Assembly: GCF_009914755.1 (NCBI RefSeq)
Contig: NC_060930.1
Strand: one strand, 5' to 3'
Source of the DNA: the human T2T-CHM13v2.0 reference genome, Homo sapiens
Length of the DNA: 64,000 bases
Each line of letters starts with the position of its first letter. Position 1 is the first letter of the stretch. The notes beneath the pieces were generated by a model. That model saw only the letters and a program-made list of their open reading frames with translations. It made no database searches and had not been told where the DNA came from. Positions 14,101 through 24,751 of this stretch are shown here, piece by piece. The translations under genes were made by a program, and so were the position numbers.

Positions 14101-15199
14101 TGGGGAATGGTACCGGATGTCATTTTAAATAAAGGATCCCAGTACTGCTTTCCTTTCTACATCTACTTCTAGTGTTTTACAAGTCCTGGTCCTCAAGTAG
14201 ACAGGAAAGCCTTAAAGAGTCTTTACCAAATTGTAGCGCATTGTTCAGAAACTATTTTAAATGTGCATATTTATGCATATATTAACTCCCAGCACAGTTC
14301 AGCAAATGATTGAGACACAAATTCTTCTTAATAATTTATATGTTGACTACAGAAATTTAAAGCTCATTTAAACTTTATATTCGGCAATGGTGCCATTCAC
14401 TATTGAAGCACACCCTGAAACTCCACTCACTGGGAAATGTGAGAAATGAAAACTGTAACTATCAAACTTCTGTTACTACAAAGAGTTCTACCGGCCAAAC
14501 AAACAAACAAAAAAATTCAAACCCCACAAGCGCCCATACCTTAGAGAAATCCATCCCGCTTGTAAAATTCAGTGTGGAATTCCCTCAGCCTAGCACAGCT
14601 CCAGCAAAAGCAGGTCTTATTTAGTTGTAAGTGGAAAGGAATACTCTTCTCTGCAGAATGATGCATTAGCTATATTACATATAAGTCCTTAATGTTAGTG
14701 TCAAAGTCAAACTTTAAAAGGTTAACATTACAAAAGAATCAGTTGTTCTGGAATATCCGTCAATATCCTTCTCATAACAGCTACTCAGATTAGTAAGAAA
14801 GAAATCAGAACAGAAAGAAATCCAGTAAAAAATGGTTGCAAATAAGTACTCGAGGATTTTTGCTCAGACCCCTTGTGGGACAGCCAAGGGCCTAGTCAGG
14901 GAAATTCCGAAAGCAAGTCCTCAACGTGCCCCGCAACGAGGCTTCAAATTAGCTAGGGTCTTCCCCCTCCTTAAGACTAAAAGATAAACACCCGTCAAAA
15001 TCCTCCAGGCTCCGAGTTTTCATACCAGGAAGGAGAGATCCACAGGATCGCGGAAAGAAACTATAACCCATTAGCCTCTTCCTGCGCCTCCGATCCGTCG
15101 CGGGGCCACGGCCAGGGGTCTCCCCGCCGCCCCATCCCAGCAGCTACTACAGTGACAGGTCGCCCGGCAGAAGCCCCTAAATCCCGGAGCCCCACTTAC

Positions 15200-15430
15200 T
15201 GGCGCCGCGAACGCAGGCGGGGGCCCGCCCCTGAGGTGAGCGCAGCTCCTCGACGAGCGGGGCGCAGCCGCCCGCTCCGGAGCTGGAAATGGGGACAATC
15301 CCTGCTAGGACCGGCCGAGGGCTCCGTACAGGGACGCCCGCGAGGTCCGGCGAGTCGCACGGGCCGCACGGCGCATGGTAGTGCAGCAGGAACCCGGCCG
15401 TTTTCCAGCCTCCGGCAGGAAAACAAACAA
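15200..15430 (-). other. CILK1: Non-coding first exon of CILK1 (ICK); 1-15199 is its intron 1 (5' boundary approximate)
   Basis: Strong minus-strand donor GCCA|GTAAGT (intron starts at 15199) inside the CpG island. Gene identity rests on the known head-to-head arrangement with FBXO9; no kinase coding exon was seen in the window. Confidence 0.75.
15305..15376 (-). CDS. Putative uORF in CILK1 exon 1: MRRAARATRRTSRASLYGALGRS* (23 aa)
   Basis: ACC ATG C context (A at -3), 24 codons ending TAG; translation not shown by sequence. Confidence 0.4.
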   Translation of the reverse strand: MRRAARATRRTSRASLYGALGRS

Positions 15431-17415
15431 AAGGCTGGGTGGCTTCTACTGGGGACGACCGGCCGCTTTCCCTGGGAAAAGTTACCCTGCAGCTCCCCTC
15501 GCTGGCCCTGCGCGTCCCTGCACTGCGTCCTGTTCGCCCTGGCTCGCGCGGCCGAGCCGCCAGGCGCAGCTCTGGGCCGAGGGCAGCACAGCGCCCAGGG
15601 ACCCCTAACCCCCGCTGACCGCAAGGCGATCTCCGACTCCGAACGAACGCCTCGTTGCAGATCGGCTCGATCAACCATCAAGACTTAGAAATGGAGGCTG
15701 TCGATGGACGTTCTGAGCACATTAAATTAAAGATAATCGTTGTGAAAACATTTTTCGGATTTGAAAAAACGTAGTTGAGGTGGCACGACATTGTGAAAGT
15801 AATCAATGCCACTGAATTGTATTCAAAGTGGTTAAACAGCAAATTTCATGTTACCTTTACAGAAAAATAAAATGAAAACGCAACTGATTGCCTGTTAGCA
15901 TTCCTTTGAACTCTTAAGAGTTTTTATGTTGTTAGCAAGTAGTTGTAAAGACTGGACTCTTAACCCAGATGGGAAACTGACTCTAGTCAGATATCCTCTA
16001 CACAACAATCGTCCTCTGTAACTAGTTATAGGGAATCTGACACTAACACGTAATTTTATAACACATTGATTTATGTCATAAGTGATATTGTAGACATTAC
16101 CTTAAATCATCCTTATAAGGCTAGAGCGGTTTGAATAAAGAAGTTGCTTCCAGGTCCCTGATTTTAAATTTACATAATTGTTCTAAGCCAACAGTTCTTA
16201 AACATTAGCGGGAAGCATCAGAACCACCTGGAGGACTTGTTAAAACAAACTCCTGGGCTGCACTCTCAGAGTTTCTGGTGCTAATGTTGCTGGGTCACAC
16301 TGCTGTAAGCAACACAAATTTAATTAATAAAGCAGTAACCCTTTGACACTTTGTGGACTGTTCTCTGAGTTTACAATTCCCAGCTGATCATATCAGTTTT
16401 TTTCTCACTATTTTTATTTTTGAATTCTACAGACTGAAGATTGTTTTTTACTGAAAAAATCTATACCAAGACCTGAATCCTTCTCTCCTCTTGATCTTGT
16501 GGAAGAAACATGCAAGATATAAGACAGTCAAGCTTCTTTAGATTTCCTCTCCCAAATGGAAAAAGGTCATCTGGCCACTTGACATATGTATAACATTGAT
16601 ATCTACCTTTGTGTTTACCTATTTAACAGCCAGCCCATATGGCAAATGAAAACTGAAAATCATTATCAGTGAAAAGATAGAGACACGACAAGGAATCTAA
16701 CAAGTCATATACTACTCCCATGAAAAGCAATTTCTAAAGTAAAATGATCAGTTTTAGTCAAATTGTCCAAGCAGGTCTACCTGGCAAACAAAGGTACTGT
16801 CTTGGTCTACCTTTTAGCAAGAGTCTGCTAGGCTAGTAAGTAGCCTAGATCAGTAGTTTTGGCCTCAGGAAATTATAATCCTGTAAATATAATATGAGAA
16901 TATAACCTTGTAATGAGGTCTAGTGGATACTGTGGAACTGACTGAAAATAGAAAATTAGTAGCTATGAAGCATAACAGTATTTTAATGCTCAATTTATCT
17001 TTACAAATATTATTTTATTAAGCTTTAATTACTTGCTAGAATAAAAGAAACCATCTGTGTAATTGACCAGGCTATTTTAAACTAGCACTCAACATTTTAA
17101 ATGAAACAGATTTGTTCCCAAACTATTTCAATACTTCATTCTCAGTATGTAAGAGTCACATTTATCATTTTATTCTATTATAAATCTTAGATTTAACCTT
17201 TCCCCCCAATTTAAATTTCAAAATTCAATTTTAAGGAGTTCATTGGGAGGAAATTTATCCTTAAAAAGACTTAAGCCCTAGAGTCTCCTTTAAAACAAAA
17301 AATTTAAATTTTTGGCCTCTTTTAAACAGTAAGGCATTTTTTATAGGTAGCTGACTTAGGGTGCAAATAAAAACACACGCATCCGAAGGGTGGATCCCAA
17401 TATTAAAACATGGCA

Positions 17416-17700
17416 GGCCGGGCGCAGTGGCTCACGCCTGTAATCCCAGCACTTTGGGAGGCCGAGGCGGGCGGATCACGAGGTCAGGAGTTCGAGACCA
17501 GCCTCACCAACATGGTGAAACCCCGTCTGTACTAAAAATACAAGAATTAGCTGGGCTTGGGGGCGCTCGCTGTAATCCCAGTTACTCAGGAGGCTGAGGC
17601 AGGAGAATTCCTTGAACCCGGGAGGCGGAGGTTACAGTTAGCCGAGATGGCGCCACTGCAATCCAGCCTGGGCTACAGCGAGACTCTGTCTCAGCAAAAC
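17416..17700 (+). mobile_element. Alu (AluS-like), CpG-rich, TSD aaaaca(t/c)ggca
   Basis: Full dimer with flanking direct repeats at 17405-17415 and 17701-17711. Confidence 0.9.
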
Positions 17701-17816
17701 AAAACACGGCATTTGGACTTCCTTATTGTAGCTCGTTCTCTCTCCCCTTCACTCTCTCGCTCTCTCCCCTCCCTCAGCACTTTCACCTCCATTTCTGTGC
17801 CAAAGATGTACTACAA

Positions 17817-18103
17817 TTTTTTTTTTTTTTTGAGACGGAGTCTCACTCTGTCGCCCACGCTGTAGTGCAGTGGCGCGAACACTGCAACCTCTGCCTCCCG
17901 GTTTCAAGCGATTCTCCTGCCTCAGCCTCCTGAGTAACTGGTATTACAGGAGCGCGCCACCAAGCCCAACTAATTTTTGTATTCTTAGTAGAGACGGGGT
18001 TTCACCATGTTGGTGAGGCTGGTCTCGAACTCTTGACCTCGTGAGCCACCCGCCTCGGCCTCCCAAAGTGTTGGGATTACAGGCGTGGGCCACCGCGCCC
18101 AGC
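17817..18103 (-). mobile_element. Alu (AluS-like), inverted relative to the 17416 copy
   Basis: Antisense dimer; TSD-like gat(g/a)tact(a/g)ca. Confidence 0.9.
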
Positions 18104-18436
18104 GGATATACTGCATTTTTAATCTCTCCAGAATAGAATGGATTAGAAATTTAAACTCTGTAAACTCGTTGAATGTTTGGAAGCCTATTAGTCCCTGGCA
18201 CCACTAGAAACTTTAAAAACTCAGTAAATGTTTGCTAAATTAAAGTTATAGGCTATGAAGCCTATCAGTTTTCACAAAACAGGCAAACCCGTAGTTAAAA
18301 AGATTTAAATTGTGTAAAAGCAAAGTATCACCTTATGAACAAGTACATTCACTCAAGAAGAAATCAGGTAGTTTGGGCTTTAAGAGGTGGGGCCGAGGAC
18401 CAAGTGTAAGTTCCGGTGCTCAAACCTGAGCGGCCG

Positions 18437-18455
18437 ACTACAAATCCCAGAGTGC
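18437..18455 (+). promoter_or_regulatory. ZNF143/THAP11 (SBS) motif ACTACAAATCCCAGAGTGC
   Basis: Matches ACTACAnnTCCCAnnnTGC. Confidence 0.8.
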
Positions 18456-18520
18456 CTCGCGGGCGCCGTCTCCACGGCACTTGGGTTTCAGGGCCATGGA
18501 ATCGCAAGCCCTTTTCGCAC

Positions 18521-18540
18521 TGCATTATGGGATCTGTAGT
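18521..18540 (-). promoter_or_regulatory. Second ZNF143/THAP11 (SBS) motif ACTACAGATCCCATAATGCA
   Basis: Reverse complement of tgcattatgggatctgtagt. Confidence 0.8.
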
Positions 18541-18599
18541 GAGACATGCCTTGCGTTGGCTCTTTCCTCCTGCTGGGCGCCAAAGCGCGTCTTTTCCTC

Positions 18600-18813
18600 A
18601 ATCTCCAGTCTGTCTGTGCTCTCAAAAACTTTAGTCGTTATAACAACTGTGACTGTTGAGAAATTTCACTGTTTTCCTGCATTCCTGGCGCGGGACTCTA
18701 GCCAGAGGCTCCGAGGACTTTGTAGCGACTGTCCCAAGCGTCCAGTTCGATGCTTCTCAGGGCGGCTTGCTTTAAGGGCCCACCCCTAAATTTGGGTTGT
18801 AAAAATTTTTGAG
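18600..18813 (+). other. FBXO9: Probable alternative non-coding first exon of FBXO9 (5' end approximate)
   Basis: Donor GAG|GTAATG at 18813/18814, just downstream of the SBS motifs; would give the isoform starting at M 27101. Confidence 0.55.
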
Positions 18814-19003
18814 GTAATGCTTGTTCAAGTTCGCTTAAGTGTTCACTCAGCCCAACACGCGGGTTGGGCTTGAGGTTCGGCACCCGGGCAGCCTCACCCC
18901 CCGCGTCAGGCGCGCGCACACAGTAGGTCCGCGACCCTTAGCCCTCCACTAGGCAGCCCGCGGGGATGGGTGGCCGGGCCGCCCACACGGGCAGCACCGG
19001 CAC

Positions 19004-19014
19004 TGCGCATGCTC
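19004..19014. promoter_or_regulatory. NRF1-like motif TGCGCATGCTC
   Basis: One mismatch from TGCGCATGCGC. Confidence 0.55.
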
Positions 19015-19206
19015 GGCGCGTCGGCGCAGGTTTCCGCAGCTGAGGGGGCAGCTCCGCGGCGGCGTCCGGGGTCTCCAGTAGGGCTGACGCTCCGGTGCTC
19101 GCACAATCCCCCGCCTCGGCTGGCAACGGGCGTCCCTCCACTCCCCGAGTCCCCGGCAGCCGCCGCCACCCCAGCGCGCCCCGATCTGGCCCCCTGCCCC
19201 GCGAAG

Positions 19207-19278
19207 ATGGCTGCCGTACGCCGGGCCCGCAGTTATTGCCGCTGCCTGGTGCGCTTCTCCGACCGAGAACTCTGCTAA
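19207..19278 (+). CDS. uORF in FBXO9 5' leader: MAAVRRARSYCRCLVRFSDRELC* (23 aa)
   Basis: Strong Kozak context AAG ATG G; stops 116 nt before the main ATG. Confidence 0.7.
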   Translation: MAAVRRARSYCRCLVRFSDRELC

Positions 19279-19394
19279 GCTCCGCTGCAGAGACAGGCAG
19301 GAGTAGACACCCGGACACCCAGCACCCCTCCTCCGGGGGGCGGTGCAGAGGGGGCACGGAGAGCCCCTCGAGCGCAGCAGGCCGCCCCGCCAGC

Positions 19395-19397
19395 ATG
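19395..19397 (+). CDS. FBXO9: FBXO9 coding segment 1 (start codon only)
   Basis: AGC ATG|GTAACC; splices in phase 0 to GCA GAA at 24665, giving [10 protein letters not shown]. Confidence 0.85.
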
Positions 19398-22210
19398 GTA
19401 ACCTGGCCAGGGGGCTCGAGGGTGGACGCCGCGGGGCGGGAGCGTGGTGTGCAGAGGGGCCGGGCCTAGGGCTGGGGGTCGGCGGGGACTCTGGGGAGGA
19501 GTGGGAGCTTCACGGCTGCCACCCGTTAGAGGGCCCTGGCCTGAGAAGGAGTGCGTCGGGGGGCGGGGGGTGCCAACCCTGGCTTCTCCCCAGGATTCCT
19601 TCCTGCTGAGCCTCCCCAACCCCCGCCGAGCTCGATGTGAGGAGGAGGGTTTGCAGGACAGCCGGGGAAAATGTCCCTTCTCGGCTCACTGAGTATATTG
19701 AACCAGTCTCGGTCCTCTCAAGGGATTTTATCAGAAGCATTGAGCATAGATTGAGGTAAGCTGTCACAGCGCCTGAATTCGGGAGGGAGCTCTGGCAAGA
19801 GGAGACACTTGTTGATTGCTCTTCTGCGGAAAAGCCAGGCCCACCGACAGGCCCTGCCGGCACCTTGAGGAGCCCTGGGTGTAGGACGCATCTGCCCCGC
19901 GAGGCGTCATTCCCTGGGAGGATGTTGGCAGGCGGTCCTGGCGGAGTGGGGTTGGAGGGTTCGTCTCCGCGGCGTCGGTGCCGTCCAAATGAGAGACTGA
20001 GCTAAGTTGCAGAGCTTGACAGTGCAGATTCCATGAGACTGTTCCATATTGGAATACGTAGTCTCTGCCCTATGCCTTTCTTTGGTTTAGAATAAATTGT
20101 TCATCTGAGAAACTAATCTCTGGCTGGGGCTTAAAGAATCAGGGATGCAATAATTCCAAACGATTTAATTTATAGTGGACTCAAATATTTATTGCATAAA
20201 TGAATGGCTGAATTTATTTTTATTAAATTAATCTGGAGGATAGAAAAGGCAATTGCCCCTGCCCCTAAACTTTCAGAAGTAGTTCTCTGACCGGGATTAA
20301 GTACTTAGCCTTTATAATTTATTAATCGCACCTGTGAAACAGGAGTAACATGATGAAGACATGGACTACTCATACACATGAGCTATTCAAGTGAAGGTGA
20401 TATTTAGGTCAAACTCGATTATGAAAAATAAAAGGAAAACCTCCAGGTGGCATCTGAGGCCCTACTTATTTCAAGTAGTAGTTGAATTGACCAAATGTCA
20501 ACTCAGCCGATCCCAGATATAATAGTTTGTTTTTGTGATCATACTGTCAAAATCAAAGTAAGAATGGTTTAGAGCTCCACTGTAACACAGGGGAGAAGAA
20601 AGATGCTGTCTATATTACACTTCTCCCATTTCCTTTCCTCATCCTTCAGATACACATTATCCAGATGGCATTTTATTTGTCGATTCAGCCAATATTTTTG
20701 AGTACCTATTAGCCTGGCATAGTGTGAGACTCTGGTACAATACTAGATCTTCAATATAACCAAACCTGCAAGGTGATTTATGATAAACTTTTAATCACAG
20801 AATGTCACATGAAAAGGGACCTCAGTAGATCACCATACCTCTTTATAGATGTCCCATAGACATGACAGCTGAGGCCTAGACAGGCCTTTACTACAAATCA
20901 AGCAATGTGTTTGACCTTATGGTTACAGAGGTAACTGAGATGTGTTCCTGTCCTGGATGCCTTAAATCTAGTAAATGAAACAGCCAACCTCAGTACAAAT
21001 GTTGTGATAAAAGTAAGCACAAGTGTTATGGGAACACAAAAATGTTGAAAAATGCTTCTGACTAAGATGAACCCTGAGCTGAATCTTGAAGAATGAGTAG
21101 AAATAGCTAAGTGAGGAAGAAGGCATTCCAGATAGAGCAAGCAGCGTATGCAAGCCAACTGGACAGAGCAGGGGAAGCTCTTGAAGTCAGTTTAGAATGA
21201 CTGCTAGGCAAGAGTTAGAAAACTAAATTACAAAGGATACCCCACAGAACTCAGGTCCCCTCGCATTACCTGTACTTAGAGTTTGCAATAATAAAGCAGA
21301 CTCTTGAGAAGAGAGAGAAATACACTTCTCAGTGGGATTTATACGCTCAGTCTTTCATTACATATTTTCCTACTAATGGTGTTCTTAGTAGGAAAAGCTC
21401 CCAACTTAAAGAAACTAAAAAATAATGTATTTGACAATACATTAATCCTTAAATTTTCCATTTTTCTAGAAATTCATCTGAGTTCTTGATCTCATTTATT
21501 TCTTCACAGATGTGTGCTTTACAGTGTGCCCAGCATTTTACCATATACTAACTGGTTCAAGTCTGAAAGGCACCTCTGCTTTGAGTCTGCTTGCCAGAGA
21601 TAAGATAGGAGGCAAGGCTAATTTATGTTCTGTAATATAGTGCAAGTATATCTGGTAGCTGTGTTAAAGATGTGTGTTAATATAAACATTACCCTCCCCC
21701 CCCGGCCGCCCTGAAATAACATATGACTAAAATTTGCAATTGTAAAACTTACCATCTTTGGAACCAGTAAAATTAAATGGGTTTTATTATTATCTAGCTT
21801 ACCTTGAAGGCCATTTCCCTGATTGCCACATTTCTTTACAGTAAGTGTTGAGCAAGTTTCATTTCCTAATAAATCTATTAGCTAACAGACTGAACTGAGG
21901 CAACATGCCATTTTCACTGGAAGGTAGGATTTAGTTTAATTTAGCAAACATTTATTGAGAATAAAAGGATAAAATTAAAGTCATCTGATTGAAACCTTTA
22001 TTAGGCTCCAAGTCACACACAGTAATTCCAGTCTAGCTTTATTCCACTGAAGCCGATCCAATATATAAAAATTGGATTTATAGACAGATAAAATAGAAGG
22101 GGTTTCTTTACAAAAGCATTTACTATTAAAAGTCTTTGACTAAGCTTTCCTAGTACATATAAAATACACAGAAGTCATATTTTCATAGAACACATTTAAT
22201 AACATGCTAG

Positions 22211-22576
<366 letters not shown>

Positions 22577-22606
22577 TGATCCATGAAGCAAAAACTATCT
22601 GCTACA

Positions 22607-22730
22607 GCCAGGTATGGCTGCACAAGCCTGTAGTCTCAGCTACTCAAGAGGTGGAGCAGAAGGATCTTTGGAGCTCAGGAGTTTGAGGCCATCCTGGGCT
22701 GCATAAGGAGACTCTGTCCCAAGAAAGCAA
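22607..22730 (+). mobile_element. Alu monomer (FLAM-like)
   Basis: gccaggtatgg...cctgtagtctcagctactc...ggagtttgaggccatcctggg. Confidence 0.7.
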
Positions 22731-23536
22731 TAACTATTTGCTGAACTCCATAGGACAACTAAATGTTACTATTTTCTGAAACAAAGTTGTTATTTTTAGC
22801 CACCTAACAATACATTTTAACCTAGAACCCAGTGGATTTGTTTATTCTACAGTATCAAAAAAAATTCAAGTATCAAGTTATATCTGATTGGTATCATTAA
22901 ACTTACCTGTGAAGAAGATAACTATAAAGAAGCAATGTTGTATTTCATTAACATGAAACATTAGAGTATTTTCTGTTTTGGGACTTGTAGAAGTTTATGG
23001 ACACTAAAATTATTTGGGCTTTTTGCCTTAGACTCAATTATGTTTGGAACATCTGTCACAGCACCTTGTCAACTGCATTCTAGAACATTTCTCCTCCTGA
23101 TGGAAAATACAACATGACCTATGAGGCAGTCTTGCAAAAGAAAAAAGAAATAGCAGAATCTAATCTAGCCTTTCAAGATCCTGCCACAATTTATAGGAAA
23201 TAAGAGTAAGAGGTCAAAGGAACATATTTATTGACACCTCAGCAAAATCTAGCTTCTACAGAAAAACGACCCAGTTTCATCCCAAATAAATTACAAGAAA
23301 AAAGAGTGAGGATTACAAAAGACTTGAGACATATCAAGCAATTACAATGTGGACTTTATTTGAATCTTGATTTCACAAACTGTGAAATATATGTATTTTA
23401 CATATGACATCTTGAGAAATATGAATACTGTGACTTGATATTTGATCTAAGGAATTACATTGATAATTATTGAAGTTGGGTCATGAGTACTTAGGGATTA
23501 ATTCTCTTTAAGTGTTTTTCTCATAAAAAGTTTTAA

Positions 23537-23927
<391 letters not shown>

Positions 23928-24067
23928 AGAAAAAGAGAAAATAATTTTTATTATAGATTATCAGTAGTTATGTATATTAATGAAGAATTTGGCTTCATTT
24001 ACCTAATTAGATTAATCATAAATCATTTATGAATAGTAATAGACTTGAATTGTTACTTTATATTACA

Positions 24068-24363
24068 CAGTTGGCCCTCTGTACCTGCAGGTTCTGCATC
24101 CTGGGATTCAACTGTGGATCAAAAATATTTGGGGGAAAAAAAGCAATACAACAATAAAAAATAATACAAATTAGGAAAAATATACTACAAGAACTATTTA
24201 CATGGCATTTACATTATAAGTAACCTAGAGATGACTTAAAGTATATGAGAAGATGTGCATAGGTTATATGCAAATATGCCATATGAGGGACTGGAAAACC
24301 CAGGGATTTTGGTGTCCTGGGGGCTCCTGGAACTAATCACCTGTGGATACTGAGGGACAACTG
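24068..24363. mobile_element. MER2-like Tigger MITE
   Basis: Terminal inverted repeats cagttggccctc / gagggacaactg followed by TA. Confidence 0.8.
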
Positions 24364-24631
24364 TAATTAAATTGATTTTTGGATGGATGCAACTGATGTT
24401 AAATTTGGCGGGGGGGAAATGTTAGGATTCACAATAACGTGAGTACTGTGGGTTGGAGTAGAGAATATGCTTTTCAGACTCATTTTCCTTTGGAAATTAA
24501 TAGTAAGGTCTCAAGTGCCCCCTACAGCCTTGCTACTCAAAGTGGGTTCCACAAAGTGTTGACAGTATGGTACTAAATAGAAAGTGGCTGAATGAGAAAT
24601 GTAGATTGCAGAGGGCAACTGGTGTGTTTAT

Positions 24632-24664
24632 ATGCCTGACATTATTTGGGTTTTCCCCCCTCAG
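24632..24664 (+). CDS. FBXO9: Alternative FBXO9 N-terminus [11 protein letters not shown] (in frame with exon 2; 447-aa form)
   Basis: ATG at 24632 reads through the polypyrimidine tract and acceptor into exon 2. Confidence 0.6.
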
Positions 24665-24751
24665 GCAGAAGCTGAGGAAGATTGTCATTCTGATACTGTC
24701 AGAGCAGATGATGATGAAGAAAATGAAAGTCCTGCTGAAACAGATCTGCAG
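24665..24751 (+). CDS. FBXO9: FBXO9 exon 2 ([10 protein letters not shown]...ETDLQ), acidic N-terminus
   Basis: cccctcag acceptor; ends CAG|GCATGT (GC donor); 87 nt. Confidence 0.92.

Larger units (their letters stand above)
14920..15800. promoter_or_regulatory. CpG island / CILK1 promoter
   Basis: High GC and CpG density, GC boxes (cccgccc). Confidence 0.85.
18390..19990. promoter_or_regulatory. CpG island / FBXO9 promoter
   Basis: High GC and CpG density spanning both first exons. Confidence 0.9.

Noticed and set aside
15601-15613. Telomere-like CCCTAACCC
   Set aside because: Single unit, not an array
15071-15688. Overlapping 160-178-aa ORFs on both strands
   Set aside because: Expected in GC-rich CpG-island DNA where stops are rare; mostly non-ATG starts; low-complexity R/G/P/A products with no recognisable domain
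18705-18726. Possible third ZNF143 motif (minus GCTACAAAGTCCTCGG)
   Set aside because: Lacks the TCCCA core and correct spacing
18698-19988. Many 70-150-aa ORFs in the FBXO9 CpG island
   Set aside because: Same GC-driven artefact; only the ATG 19207 uORF and ATG 19395 have supporting context
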